A stretch of 64,000 bases of DNA from a virus: the IMG/VR virus record IMGVR_UViG_3300008262_000149, positions 6,309 through 70,308 of that record; one strand, given 5' to 3'. The position numbers and the translations under genes are program-made. Under the pieces are notes generated by a model. It ran no database searches. It saw only the letters and a list, made by a program, of their open reading frames with translations, and had not been told where the DNA came from. Below are positions 36,751 through 47,046 of the stretch, piece after piece; the stretch's first letter is position 1; each line of letters opens with the position of its first letter.

Positions 36751-37181
36751 CAGAAAGGACCGTAATCTTCGTCTGATTTGCGATACTTATCAACAGCTGC
36801 CATCATTTTGATTTCATTATCAGTGTTGATAGTATTGGCTTCTGCAATTTCTTTGTAGTTGGTTTTACCCATCTCTTGCACTTTAATATTTGGGTTGAAT
36901 TCAGATACCTTCATACCCATCATAGTAGCAAAAGCACCGACAAAAGCGCCGACAATCATTGAGAAAGCAGGACCGATGATCTTGAAGATTTCATTATTAT
37001 CAACCTGGCTATTATCGAAAAATAGTCCGGCTACCATTGCAATAGCGACAGTAAACATAATGAAAGAAAGAGTAACAGCTGCCATTTTCATGACCATAAG
37101 CTGTGTACGGCCCTTCTCAATCTCTAGTTCACCAAGTGTGTCAATCTCTTTTGCAACAGAGAAGAATTTAAATAAACTCAT
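36750..37181 (-). CDS. two-transmembrane membrane protein (holin candidate)
   Basis: 143 aa with two hydrophobic helices; neighbours the spanins. Confidence 0.3.
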   Translation of the reverse strand: MSLFKFFSVAKEIDTLGELEIEKGRTQLMVMKMAAVTLSFIMFTVAIAMVAGLFFDNSQVDNNEIFKIIGPAFSMIVGAFVGAFATMMGMKVSEFNPNIKVQEMGKTNYKEIAEANTINTDNEIKMMAAVDKYRKSDEDYGPF

Positions 37182-37465
37182 GATTTCTTTTTCCTGCCTG
37201 CTCTTGATTTACCCTTAGCAGCATCAACAACATCGCCAGCCTGATTGATCACTTCTTTTACTGCTTCATTTACGTCGACTAATTCTTCTTTAACTCTCTT
37301 CACACGTTTTTTTGCTTTATTGATTACTTCATTCGCTTCTTTAATATTCTTTTCAGCAATCTCTTTTGCAACACGCAAATCTTCTGCTGTAACTTTATTA
37401 TCTTTATTTATATCAAAAATACTGAACCACTTTTTAATTTTTCCCCACATGTTTATCTCCATCAC
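37178..37465 (-). CDS. EF-hand-like small protein
   Basis: DINKDNKVTAEDL fits a 12-residue Ca-binding loop. Confidence 0.35.
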   Translation of the reverse strand: MMEINMWGKIKKWFSIFDINKDNKVTAEDLRVAKEIAEKNIKEANEVINKAKKRVKRVKEELVDVNEAVKEVINQAGDVVDAAKGKSRAGRKKKS

Positions 37466-37683
37466 TTTTTAAGAGTTGTGGCCAGTCTTCTGGCTACAGA
37501 TAGTGGAAGTCCATCTTTTCCAGTGTTCAATAGACCTAGTGCAGCAATGAGTGCTAGCATCGTTTTAGAATCATCTTTTCCGCTAACACGATTCAAAGAA
37601 TTGGCAATGACGTTCGCAAGATTCTCTCTTGACGGTGCGTCATCTGTTTCTTCTGGCTTGTCAAAGTCTTTGAACTTCTTCAT
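37462..37683 (-). CDS. hypothetical protein
   Basis: 73 aa. Confidence 0.3.
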   Translation of the reverse strand: MKKFKDFDKPEETDDAPSRENLANVIANSLNRVSGKDDSKTMLALIAALGLLNTGKDGLPLSVARRLATTLKK

Positions 37684-38189
37684 TTCTTTTTCTTTGCTTC
37701 TTCTTCAATTGCAGCCTTGTTGTCAATTATCCATTGTTGGAGCTGTCTGAGCTGCTCTGCGTTGGCTTGACAGTTGGCGTAGTTTGAGATGATGGTGAGG
37801 AGGGCCGTATTGTCTTTAATTCCTGAGGAGGTCGCATCAGAAGCTCTGGCGGGGTCGGCATCACTGGCACTGGCACTAACGTCGTGCGTGTACACCCAAC
37901 CGTTAGACAGATTGTACTGGCCAGGAACGTTGTTTTTACCAAGGTCGCGATAGACATATTCTTTTTCCCTAATTACTTCAACTCGATCAATATACTCAGT
38001 TACTACGTTGTTTGAAATCTCAGCATTCTTCTTTTCTAGTGCTGCAATCTTTGCATTTGCTTTTGCCGAGAATCTAGCCAACTCTGCCTCAGCATGGGCG
38101 GATCCTTTCATGTATCCATAAAAGAAAACTCCGGCAATGAGTGCTAATCCTGCTAGCAACTTATATGGAAAAGGAATCATACTCAACAT
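37680..38189 (-). CDS. i-spanin (Rz-like type II inner membrane protein with periplasmic coiled coil)
   Basis: N-terminal transmembrane helix MLSMIPFPYKLLAGLALIAGVFFYGY followed by a coiled-coil region. Confidence 0.5.
   Translation of the reverse strand: MLSMIPFPYKLLAGLALIAGVFFYGYMKGSAHAEAELARFSAKANAKIAALEKKNAEISNNVVTEYIDRVEVIREKEYVYRDLGKNNVPGQYNLSNGWVYTHDVSASASDADPARASDATSSGIKDNTALLTIISNYANCQANAEQLRQLQQWIIDNKAAIEEEAKKKK
37727..37957 (-). CDS. o-spanin (Rz1-like lipoprotein) embedded in the +1 frame of the i-spanin gene
   Basis: Signal sequence ending LTVGC (relaxed lipobox) followed by a Pro-rich mature part VPVPVMPTPPELLMRPP; fully nested in a different frame. Confidence 0.45.
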   Translation of the reverse strand: MSIATLVKTTFLASTICLTVGCTRTTLVPVPVMPTPPELLMRPPQELKTIRPSSPSSQTTPTVKPTQSSSDSSNNG

Positions 38190-38190
38190 A

Positions 38191-38694
38191 TTATTTTCTC
38201 ATAAACCTACTGAAAGTCATGATGTTCTTTTTCTTTTTCTTTACACCCGGTTCACCCTGTGGACCGACACCAAGACCAGCAACATTACCAGCACCGGCAG
38301 CATTCACTGCAACTTCTTCACGCTGCATGATACGATCTATTGCGTTAAGTCTACCTTGTTTACGATTCTTAGCCTTATGACTTGGAATCTTATTTACAAC
38401 AAAACCGCCTTTCCAGTGATAATTAGACTTGGCAACATCGTCTGTTTTTTTCAAATAAGATTTTAGAGTATCAGTAGAGAGTTCATCAAGTTGTGCCTCT
38501 TCACGAACAGACTTGTATAGATGTGAATCTTTGTATTCTCTAGTCACGATGTTCTTTGGTGCTTTATAAGTTCCACCTGCAGAGGAAATGTGCACATGAC
38601 TATCAGTCACCTTCACAACCTTTCCTGTGTGCGGAGTATTGTTAAACTTTTTTGTCTTTAAATAGACTGTTTCACCTTTTTTGAAATCTGACAT
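38191..38694 (-). CDS. hypothetical protein
   Basis: 167 aa. Confidence 0.35.
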   Translation of the reverse strand: MSDFKKGETVYLKTKKFNNTPHTGKVVKVTDSHVHISSAGGTYKAPKNIVTREYKDSHLYKSVREEAQLDELSTDTLKSYLKKTDDVAKSNYHWKGGFVVNKIPSHKAKNRKQGRLNAIDRIMQREEVAVNAAGAGNVAGLGVGPQGEPGVKKKKKNIMTFSRFMRK

Positions 38695-39083
38695 TAGATC
38701 TTCCTTAGAATCTGTACTATATTCTGATCCATGTGAACATCAGAACTGATTATAGTTTTATTCTGAACACCAATGCCATGAATAATCTCTGGCATCTGGC
38801 CTAATAAAACAATGAACGGCTTCAACATGTGATGATAGCCGTCCAACTTAAAAAAAAGCATTCGAGTTGCTGCAGAACCAAAGACATTGTAAAGAATAAT
38901 CAAATGATTCAGCACCAGTCTTTCTTTCAGTTCACCGGCTTCTTCATATCGATTAAACAATCTTTTGATATACTTGAATCGAGCTAGATCCTCATAGAAC
39001 TCAAGTGTATCAAAACATTGCGGATTATCATAATGTTTCGCTGCATATAACAAAAAGTTTGTTTCATCAAGTTTATCAATCAT
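38694..39083 (-). CDS. hypothetical protein
   Basis: 129 aa. Confidence 0.35.
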   Translation of the reverse strand: MIDKLDETNFLLYAAKHYDNPQCFDTLEFYEDLARFKYIKRLFNRYEEAGELKERLVLNHLIILYNVFGSAATRMLFFKLDGYHHMLKPFIVLLGQMPEIIHGIGVQNKTIISSDVHMDQNIVQILRKI

Positions 39084-39334
39084 TATGCAATTCTTACTTT
39101 AACGTCCCCTGCAGCAGTGTAGTATAATTGTCCAAGCGCGACACCGCCGGTATTAGCAGCGGTGTCGTCAGCATAAGGACCTTGTACAATAGCTTTGCGT
39201 AATGTTGATAATGTAGTATGTTTTGTCGTGTTAGCGGAGACGTCCTCGACAATGAAGAGATCTCCGCTAGCAATCGACGTATTAGCCGTGCCAATTGGAT
39301 CTAATTCTGGAATCTTTTTAGCACGATCAGTCAT
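39083..39334 (-). CDS. hypothetical protein (structural-like composition)
   Basis: 83 aa. Confidence 0.3.
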   Translation of the reverse strand: MTDRAKKIPELDPIGTANTSIASGDLFIVEDVSANTTKHTTLSTLRKAIVQGPYADDTAANTGGVALGQLYYTAAGDVKVRIA

Positions 39335-39343
39335 ATGTTATCC

Positions 39344-39898
39344 TTAAACAATCGAACCCATAGCAACCAGTGTTTCATAAGAAACACGACCAACTCTACC
39401 ACCGACTGTTGCGGCAACATTAGCAGTTGAACCGCCTGTTGCACCACCAGTTGAGTTCGCAAAGGTGCCATACACAGTGGCATTAGTAAAACCTTTGCCG
39501 GTGTTGGTAATTGTAAGAGATGTAATACCGCCGGTTGTGTTTGTTGCAACGGTTGCAGTAGCATTTACAGTGTTTGTACCAGCAGCAGTAAATGTAAGAA
39601 TATCACCGTTTGCATAACCAGTACCACCAGCATTAATAGTTACTGCAGTAACTGGTCCTGTGCCAGTAGTTTTTAAGTTCCAACCGGCGTGTGCTACCTT
39701 TTTAAAATCCGAAGACGTATTAGCAGCTTCAACTACATCAACACCAAACTGCCCGGTAATTTCATTTGTTGCAAATGCACCGACAGTTGTATTACCATAT
39801 AGGTTTGTTTGGTTTGTAGTATTCGCAGTCTTATTTAGCTGAGAAACAGCCCATAGGACTGAATTTGCAGCGTCATCTGTATTGCCCCATTGAGCCAT
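39344..39898 (-). CDS. Thr/Asn/Gly-rich beta-rich protein (possible virion fibre/decoration protein)
   Basis: Composition only. Confidence 0.3.
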   Translation of the reverse strand: MAQWGNTDDAANSVLWAVSQLNKTANTTNQTNLYGNTTVGAFATNEITGQFGVDVVEAANTSSDFKKVAHAGWNLKTTGTGPVTAVTINAGGTGYANGDILTFTAAGTNTVNATATVATNTTGGITSLTITNTGKGFTNATVYGTFANSTGGATGGSTANVAATVGGRVGRVSYETLVAMGSIV

Positions 39899-40046
39899 TG
39901 TAGTTCCTCCTGAAAAACTTTAATTTATTTATTCTTCTTCTGTTGTTAGCAAATCGTCAAGGTATCTAGATTGCTTTTGATGAAAGAGATCCATATATCT
40001 TCTGTTTCTCTTTTCATCATAGGTTTCTTCTTGTTCTTCTTCCATC

Positions 40047-41498
40047 TCAATGCCTATATTTTACGATCTCACCGGTGTCCTTCGCAGCCTTAGGAACCGG
40101 AGCAGATACAGCCTTGACAAAGTCTGCGTGTGACTTATGAGCCTGCTTTTGGAAAGCAGCCTTATCTAGCGAGGTCTTACGAGCAGCCATGTGATCTTCG
40201 AAGCGGCTGATGTGGTTCGGATGGATGTCATGTTCCTTGCCGTCCATGAAACGAACCTTCTTGTTGATCGACTTGGCTTTACGAAGTTGCATGCCGAGAG
40301 CTACCATATCCTCGTCGGCTTTACCCTGACGTGCTTTCCATGCAGCCGAACCTTCCTTTGGTGGACGGCCACGACCTTCTTCAAGTTCTACTTCTTCGTG
40401 CATGTGTTCTTTGTTCTTGTGTCTATAAGCACGTACTGCATCATCGGCACCGCGTTCTGATGCTTTACCAGGACCTGATGTATAGCCCTTATGATAGGCT
40501 GCGGCTTCACCAGCAGCATGCTCAGGAGTTTTATAAGCAACACTGGCTAGATAAGACGTCTTGCCTTGTGGGTTTTTTAGGTGAGGACGATAGCCCTTGT
40601 CATGAAACTTAGACTTTTCAGAGGTTGCCATATAATCGCCAACCTTTAAATTGGCTTCAGCAATATCAATCTCTTCAAACATGTCATTGTTCAGAGAGTC
40701 GATGAACTCTTGTTCTTCCTTGGTCAGCTTATTTGCAGCTATTTCAATGCCCTTTTGGCGGCGGAGAGTTTTATTTAGATTCTTAGTTGGGTTCTCGCCC
40801 GTCTTGATCTTTAAACCAGCAGTAATGGCTTCTTGACCAACACTACCAGCGGCCTTCTTGATATAGCTTCCCAGTGTTGACTTCGAAAGTTCGTCGATCT
40901 GCTCTGCTTCTTCCTTGGCAACCACTTTGTTCAGTGGGTGCTTCATGGCTTTAACATCAGCTTTATCTTTTGAGCTATATGTGCCGACTATTTTACCAGC
41001 ACGCTCAACTCTCCACTTTTTACCAGATTCGCCTTGGCGTTGTGACATTAGCTCATCTTCAAGACCTGGATCAACTGCTTCAGAAGCCGCTTTAAAATCA
41101 GCGTCGGTAGGTGCACCCTTTGATCCAGGCTTGCGCATGCGCTCGCCAGATCCTGCCTTGATGCGCTTACGCTTGGCATGGATATTATCCCACAGTCCAC
41201 GCTTTTCTTCCTTCACTTCTTTCTTAGCTGGCTTCTTTTCTTTAGCCATCATATCACGAATTTTTTGAGCTGTCTTCTTATTAGCTTCAGTTGGCTCATC
41301 AGCAGTAGGCATATAGCCTTCTTTCTTTGTGCCATCTTCGTCTTCATCATCTTCTTCTTCTTTTTCACACTTTTCGCATTCACATTCTTTGTCGTGTTTT
41401 GCCTCGTCTAGAATACCACGAACGGTATTCAGAAGGTCGGCAGAAAACTGATCTTCGAGTTTCTTTGTAAACATTATGGGGTATCCTTTAGTCTGCAT
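40047..41498 (-). CDS. highly charged Lys/Glu/His-rich protein of unknown function
   Basis: 483 aa; CECEKCEK motif. Confidence 0.4.
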   Translation of the reverse strand: MQTKGYPIMFTKKLEDQFSADLLNTVRGILDEAKHDKECECEKCEKEEEDDEDEDGTKKEGYMPTADEPTEANKKTAQKIRDMMAKEKKPAKKEVKEEKRGLWDNIHAKRKRIKAGSGERMRKPGSKGAPTDADFKAASEAVDPGLEDELMSQRQGESGKKWRVERAGKIVGTYSSKDKADVKAMKHPLNKVVAKEEAEQIDELSKSTLGSYIKKAAGSVGQEAITAGLKIKTGENPTKNLNKTLRRQKGIEIAANKLTKEEQEFIDSLNNDMFEEIDIAEANLKVGDYMATSEKSKFHDKGYRPHLKNPQGKTSYLASVAYKTPEHAAGEAAAYHKGYTSGPGKASERGADDAVRAYRHKNKEHMHEEVELEEGRGRPPKEGSAAWKARQGKADEDMVALGMQLRKAKSINKKVRFMDGKEHDIHPNHISRFEDHMAARKTSLDKAAFQKQAHKSHADFVKAVSAPVPKAAKDTGEIVKYRH

Positions 41499-42078
41499 CT
41501 ATGATTTTAATTTTGCGTTCTGCCGCACGAGACCTTTTAATAAGGTATCTTTTCAAGTTATCTATATCTTTATCACCCTGAGGACCAGGAATAGGATCTG
41601 GTGTGTATCCCTTTGGTGGATTATGAAATCTTTTGTCATCAGCCGGATGGTAATCATGATCCGGATTAAGTTCTTTTTCATGCTCGCCTGACGCAGCATG
41701 TAATGCATTCATAGCAGCTTTTACAATAGCTTCGTGTTCTTTCTCAAGCTTCATTCCAGCAGCATGTCTCATTACGATCTCGCCGTGCATGGTAGCACGG
41801 GCAATATGAGCCGCTGTGGCTTTGCCGGTGTGGTGCACATCCTTGACAATATCAAATAGTTTGTCTAGATTCTCAGCTGCGGTTTGAGCATCAGAAGCAT
41901 TTGTATCCTTTGGAAGATCAGCATAAAGCTTTTGAGCTTCTGGAGATACTTCAAACGCTTTTGTAGTATAAGACCCGACAGCGATCTGATCGTTCTGATC
42001 AGACTCGATAGCACCCATAGCAATATGCTTTGATTCAAAGATATCGCGAATCTTAGACTCTAATGATCTATATTTCAT
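41488..42078 (-). CDS. hypothetical His-rich protein
   Basis: 196 aa. Confidence 0.35.
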   Translation of the reverse strand: MKYRSLESKIRDIFESKHIAMGAIESDQNDQIAVGSYTTKAFEVSPEAQKLYADLPKDTNASDAQTAAENLDKLFDIVKDVHHTGKATAAHIARATMHGEIVMRHAAGMKLEKEHEAIVKAAMNALHAASGEHEKELNPDHDYHPADDKRFHNPPKGYTPDPIPGPQGDKDIDNLKRYLIKRSRAAERKIKIIDAD

Positions 42079-42386
42079 CTACATCTCCATCTACGTAGAG
42101 ACATTGCTTTCCGCGTAGGACGTCCCTTTTCATCCTTCATTGGTCCTGGCATACCGCTCATACGAGCACAGAAAGACTTGCGTCTCTTGGCATCCTTTGA
42201 ACCAGGTTTTACTTTACCTGTCACAGCGGTTTGCAACTTTGAACCAGGATTCTTTGCACGGAAGGCCTTGACGCCCTTCTCAGTCATTCCAGCACCCTTT
42301 TCGGTTGCAATGAAATGCCCCTTAGAATCTTCACCTCGAGCTTCTGAAACAAATTGCTTAAAGCGTATCATCTGGCTTCCCATCAT
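42075..42386 (-). CDS. basic hypothetical protein
   Basis: 103 aa. Confidence 0.3.
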   Translation of the reverse strand: MMGSQMIRFKQFVSEARGEDSKGHFIATEKGAGMTEKGVKAFRAKNPGSKLQTAVTGKVKPGSKDAKRRKSFCARMSGMPGPMKDEKGRPTRKAMSLRRWRCR

Positions 42387-43875
42387 TTACATTTCCGGAT
42401 CCGATGATCTTTTTGTTTCTTTTTTGCTTGCGCACAACGGTCTTACCATCGGCGGTACGAACGATTACACCTTTAACGTCAGCAGTGCGAACTTCTTCCA
42501 TTGCATCAACAACATCTGGATGAAGTTCGAAAGCAGGCTTCATCTTGATTCCGCATGCTTCGGCCGAGAGAGTCACGCCGATACCAGCAGTCCAAGCCAT
42601 GTTGAATGTTTCATTGAGATCGGCTTTCTCTTGGCCAGGTGTTTCTTTCTTGTACTTCTTGACAAGAGAATCAGTTCCAATCTCTCTTTCAGATGGAGAG
42701 TCTTCGTTTATCTTAGCATGCTTCTCAGCAGACTTTTTGAAGTCCATTCCAAAATACTTCTTCTTGCCCCACTTATTCGAAGCAACCCATGCCGTCTGCT
42801 TCTTTGGATCACTTGATCCATAGTGCGGCTTTACATATGGCTTCATCTCGCCTTCATCAATAATTTTCTTTTGAAGTTCTTGATGGCGCTTTTTTACATT
42901 CGATTCCGCAGGTTTACGATCTACAATCTCTTTGCTTTTAGTTTGTTCAAGAAGTTGCTTGAACGCGTTGTCAAGTTCTTCGTTGACAATTCTCTCTTCA
43001 CGAAGATCTGCATCAAGAGTCCATGCTCTACCTTTAGCGATATAGCTATTGACTCGATTGAATGCAAACTGATCTCGTGTTTGACGTGCGTCTTCTTGAT
43101 ACAACGAAGCGCCGCGCTCGTACACCTCCTTGAGAGTCGAGAACGGGATGCCAGTTTTTTCAGCTTTTTTGATAAGTGTTTCTGTGATCTGATCGGTGCC
43201 AATTGTGGCATTCAGCATTCTACGTAGAGTGATACCTAGCGGATTACTTTCTTTTTCAAATCGAGTAATCGCATTTTCAATGATATCGACAAGCTCGAGT
43301 GTTGACTTGTCATTTAGATCAGAGAACAGACCAGAAAATTCTTCAGCAGCAATCGTGGTATGGAGGCTCTTCATTGGCTCTCCACTGTGATAAGACTTGA
43401 GTCTTTCGAACTCTGCTTTTCTTAGTTTTGGTAGAAGTCTTGCTGCGAGTCTCTTGATGAGTTTGGTCTTTTTGGCAACAGCAGTGTCTACCTGAATCTT
43501 TTCAGATGTTGTCAGTTCGGCGTAAGGAACATCCTTGCGGGCCGAGAATCTAGATTTCAAGAGTGCACGTGCCTTGGCTTCTGCACGTCTTTGTAGCTTC
43601 TGAGGACCGGCAAGACGAGCTTGCGAGATCTCTTTTGCTCTCTGAATCTTTGGTTGAATGCGCTTCAGCTGGCGACCTCTTTGCTGACGCTGTGCAAGCG
43701 TCAAGGCTTTACGCTCCTGAAGGGATGCGGCTAGGACGGCAAAGTCCTCGTTTGTACGGCGCTTGTCGTCTAGCTGAGGATTAACGTCGACGCCATCTAG
43801 TGGTTTACCAGTTGCAGACTTGCCCGTAGGCTTCTTAGTATTCTTTTCTGGTACCGGTTTCTTCTTATCTTCCAT
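42358..43875 (-). CDS. large basic Lys/Arg-rich protein (internal-protein-like composition)
   Basis: AAGGGA ribosome-binding site before MEDKKKP. Confidence 0.4.
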   Translation of the reverse strand: MEDKKKPVPEKNTKKPTGKSATGKPLDGVDVNPQLDDKRRTNEDFAVLAASLQERKALTLAQRQQRGRQLKRIQPKIQRAKEISQARLAGPQKLQRRAEAKARALLKSRFSARKDVPYAELTTSEKIQVDTAVAKKTKLIKRLAARLLPKLRKAEFERLKSYHSGEPMKSLHTTIAAEEFSGLFSDLNDKSTLELVDIIENAITRFEKESNPLGITLRRMLNATIGTDQITETLIKKAEKTGIPFSTLKEVYERGASLYQEDARQTRDQFAFNRVNSYIAKGRAWTLDADLREERIVNEELDNAFKQLLEQTKSKEIVDRKPAESNVKKRHQELQKKIIDEGEMKPYVKPHYGSSDPKKQTAWVASNKWGKKKYFGMDFKKSAEKHAKINEDSPSEREIGTDSLVKKYKKETPGQEKADLNETFNMAWTAGIGVTLSAEACGIKMKPAFELHPDVVDAMEEVRTADVKGVIVRTADGKTVVRKQKRNKKIIGSGNVNDGKPDDTL

Positions 43876-43945
43876 CAGAGTTTCCCTTGGGCTTATCTGT
43901 AAACAAACGGGATTGCCGTAGCCTAACCGCATTGTTATTTATGCG

Positions 43946-45265
43946 TTATGTGATTTCTTGGAAAGTAATAGCACCAAGAGCATCATCACCGTTCGCTGCA
44001 CCAGTTGCAACAAGAGAAAATACAACACCTTTATTATTAGCAGCAAAAGAGTTGCGCTCTAGCTGATATTGGAATAAAGAAGAGCCTGCAAGATTAATTG
44101 CAGTACCGCCGGCCCCAGCAGAAATATTAATATAACCAACCTGTGCATCTCTACCGCCGGTAATGGCAGTGGCTGTGATATCATACTCAACTGATGATTC
44201 GGCGGTATTTACATCAACCCAACTGGCCCCGGTAAGTGTACCGCCAACAACAAGTTTGTATCGATAGCGTGTATTGTTTGAAACACCAAAGAATTCAATG
44301 TCTGTTGGAATTACGATAGCATCTGAATACGCGTCTTTTAATCGAATTGAGATGATTGGAACAAATGTACCTGCTGTTGGTATATCTTTTGGTGTTGTGA
44401 TAGGAATACCAATTGATCGCGATCTACCCTTTATTTCATATCCGCCTTCTGAGATCACAGTAGCACAAACAATCTTGAGTGTTGAACTGCTTGCTGTAGT
44501 ACCAAGATTTTCAATCTCAGCACGGACTGGCAAACATGCTGTTGCCATATATGTCGAATCAATAATATTGGCGTGATGGAATGAATGACAGTGAACAAAC
44601 TTGCCATTAATAACGAAACCGCAGCGAACCGTACCAAGTCCTAACCATTCAATATCGATAAACTGAATTTGAGCTTTTGTTAGATCCAGAGTAAGTTTTG
44701 ACGGACCATTACCATCTAGTTTATCGTATAACCAATTTTGTTGATATACACGGGTTTCAGATACACCGGTACCAGGCGATGTAGATCTTTCTACCCAACA
44801 AATACCAGCATCAGTTTGTTCTAAAAAGATTCCGTTGGTAGTGCTGAAATAACCATATCTCTGACGCAGGTTTGTTTTGTGCGGAGACATTACATATGTT
44901 TGGAGAATCTGCAGAGATTTGCCTGGCTGATATGCAAACACACGGGCTGATTCTCTATAAAGGAATGAACCAGATGCCGTGTCAAGTGTGCATTCAATCA
45001 ATCCGGCGTTTGCATTGTGTGTTGATACGGCCCCGGTTGCAGAGTTTGATTGATTGATTCTACCATTATCTCTGTACCTGTGCGATGAATCAAACAAAGT
45101 CAGTGGTTGTGCTGATCTGGCTCTACCGAAAGCATCGACTGCCATGCCAGTCGGATTCGATCCGTCAATAGGATTACCATAGATATCAGCAGTCATATTC
45201 AGTTCATAGAGATGAACGTTATGAGGCTGTTTAAATTCGTAGCTGTCAGTGCGCCATTGTGCCAT
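43946..45265 (-). CDS. hypothetical 439-aa protein
   Basis: No similarity to gp23 recognised. Confidence 0.4.
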   Translation of the reverse strand: MAQWRTDSYEFKQPHNVHLYELNMTADIYGNPIDGSNPTGMAVDAFGRARSAQPLTLFDSSHRYRDNGRINQSNSATGAVSTHNANAGLIECTLDTASGSFLYRESARVFAYQPGKSLQILQTYVMSPHKTNLRQRYGYFSTTNGIFLEQTDAGICWVERSTSPGTGVSETRVYQQNWLYDKLDGNGPSKLTLDLTKAQIQFIDIEWLGLGTVRCGFVINGKFVHCHSFHHANIIDSTYMATACLPVRAEIENLGTTASSSTLKIVCATVISEGGYEIKGRSRSIGIPITTPKDIPTAGTFVPIISIRLKDAYSDAIVIPTDIEFFGVSNNTRYRYKLVVGGTLTGASWVDVNTAESSVEYDITATAITGGRDAQVGYINISAGAGGTAINLAGSSLFQYQLERNSFAANNKGVVFSLVATGAANGDDALGAITFQEIT

Positions 45266-45268
45266 TAG

Positions 45269-45880
45269 TTAATCCAGTTCTTGAATCTCGCAATAAAGGA
45301 CTCGTAAGGGCATGGGCATGCCCTTACGAACGTCATGATAGAGTTCATCCTTGTGCGCTTTACTCATCCCGGCCGGAGCCATCTTATGAAACGACTCCTT
45401 GTCTCCGGCTGAAGCGTGCTTGCGCATTGCCGTACCAGAAGCAGCAGCAATTCCTTCACCTGTGTCTGAACGCTCGCCGCCGACAGACTTGACCTTGATG
45501 CTCTTGAAGTTATAGTGTCCATGCCTCCCTTCAGTTCCATTATACTTGTGGAGCAAGTTATGAAACTCATGGACACGATCTGAGCCGACATGCATAGTTA
45601 CGTGTGTGTAACCAGCCTTATGCAGCTTAGACATCTGATGAAGCAACGTAGGATGATCTTTACCCATAGCCTCTACCTTCGCGCCCTTCACGGCACGAGA
45701 CAGATGCTTGACCTTCTGTTCTGGAGTCAGAGGATTCTTCTTGGCATCATGAGAACCGGTTGTCAAGATCTTATGATCTGCACCTTCCTTCTTAGCGGCA
45801 TCCATCACATGCTTTACGACCATTTCGTGGCCAGCATGCACAGGATTGAATCTTCCTTGAGTGATATGGATTGCCTTCAC
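45269..45880 (-). CDS. cytidylyltransferase-family nucleotidyltransferase (HxGH motif)
   Basis: GRFNPVHAGH fits the GxFxxxHxGH motif of NMNAT / heptose-1-P adenylyltransferase / CoaD; His-rich. Confidence 0.5.
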   Translation of the reverse strand: MKAIHITQGRFNPVHAGHEMVVKHVMDAAKKEGADHKILTTGSHDAKKNPLTPEQKVKHLSRAVKGAKVEAMGKDHPTLLHQMSKLHKAGYTHVTMHVGSDRVHEFHNLLHKYNGTEGRHGHYNFKSIKVKSVGGERSDTGEGIAAASGTAMRKHASAGDKESFHKMAPAGMSKAHKDELYHDVRKGMPMPLRVLYCEIQELD

Positions 45881-47046
45881 AGCGATTTGTCCTTGTTGAA
45901 GTTAGCAGCCGAGAACTCAGCACGATCAACAATCTTAGTAGGACGATTATGTCTTACCACCACAAATCCTTCAGGCTTAGATTTCTTTCCACTGATACTA
46001 TGATCAAACTCAGCACGACTCGAGAGTGTATTAGATAACACATCCTTTGCCTTCTGAAGATGGTTGTGCATCTGCAAAATGCGTTCGAAGTGACCACGAT
46101 TGCGTTGGACATGAGCAATATCTTGCTCCATTGCCGCAGTCTTTGATGCCTTCGAGGCAGCAGTCTTTACAGAGTCGATCTTCTTCTGATGCGACTTAGC
46201 AAGATGCGCCATAAACTCATTTACATTCGGCTTAGTACCGGTACGAACCGTATGGTTGATATATGTCTTGAGAGGAATACGGTGGCTCTCGATGGCCGCA
46301 TGAGTTTCAGGACCGGTCTTTGCATGCAACTTAGCAGCAGCTGCCATGTGCTTGACAAACTTAGCCTGGTGTTGTGGCTTATAATCAATGCCAGACATGT
46401 CATGTTCTGTAGAGATAAGATGCACATCCTTGTGCAGTCCAAACTCATCAAGGTTTGGTGCATACTCGGCCTTCATGTCTTCGAGGTTCTTACCGTTATA
46501 CTTGGTATGAACAGCAACACCGATCTTTGAACGAAGTGCTGCTTTGCCATGATGCGAGTTCTTATCAGCAGAGTACGTAATGGTATTTGGTGTAAAGTGA
46601 ATCTTATTGCCCGATTCGTGCACATCATTTTGTGTGTGCATGATATCACCTTGGAACACACCCTTACGGGGAGTTACCTTCGGCAGATGATCCAAGGCAG
46701 CTTTCAGTTTCTCTACAAGACCAGGAGCATGACCATGATTGCGTTCAATGTCCTCATGCGTGTAGTTGATCTTTGGATTCTTGTTGAACGCAGACTTGGA
46801 TGCAACAAAGAACTTACCAGTTTCAGGATGACGACCAAACACAACAGAAGGCGAACCGTCATACTTCATGGTTACCTTCGTGGCATTCTCTTTACCAGTT
46901 AGTTTATCATGCACATCCTTGAGATTATGATAAGCGTGTGAGAACCCTTCGGCGCCAGCATTAATCACATGATCTTCTGCATGCTCAAGATGCTTGAGCT
47001 TTTCTTCACTTACTTCTTCGGTCAAGAAATTTTTAAATGCTGTCAT
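45877..47046 (-). CDS. ATP-dependent ligase-like nucleotidyltransferase (KxDG)
   Basis: Motif I TMKYDGSPSVVFG, motif IV/V PEGFVVVRHNRPTKIV; unusually long (about 300 aa) His-rich spacing between the motifs. Confidence 0.45.
   Translation of the reverse strand: MTAFKNFLTEEVSEEKLKHLEHAEDHVINAGAEGFSHAYHNLKDVHDKLTGKENATKVTMKYDGSPSVVFGRHPETGKFFVASKSAFNKNPKINYTHEDIERNHGHAPGLVEKLKAALDHLPKVTPRKGVFQGDIMHTQNDVHESGNKIHFTPNTITYSADKNSHHGKAALRSKIGVAVHTKYNGKNLEDMKAEYAPNLDEFGLHKDVHLISTEHDMSGIDYKPQHQAKFVKHMAAAAKLHAKTGPETHAAIESHRIPLKTYINHTVRTGTKPNVNEFMAHLAKSHQKKIDSVKTAASKASKTAAMEQDIAHVQRNRGHFERILQMHNHLQKAKDVLSNTLSSRAEFDHSISGKKSKPEGFVVVRHNRPTKIVDRAEFSAANFNKDKSL

Noticed and set aside
43946-45265. Major capsid protein gp23 or another head gene
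   Set aside because: No resemblance to gp23 motifs. No portal, protease or scaffold gene is adjacent. The gene sits in an operon with enzymes.
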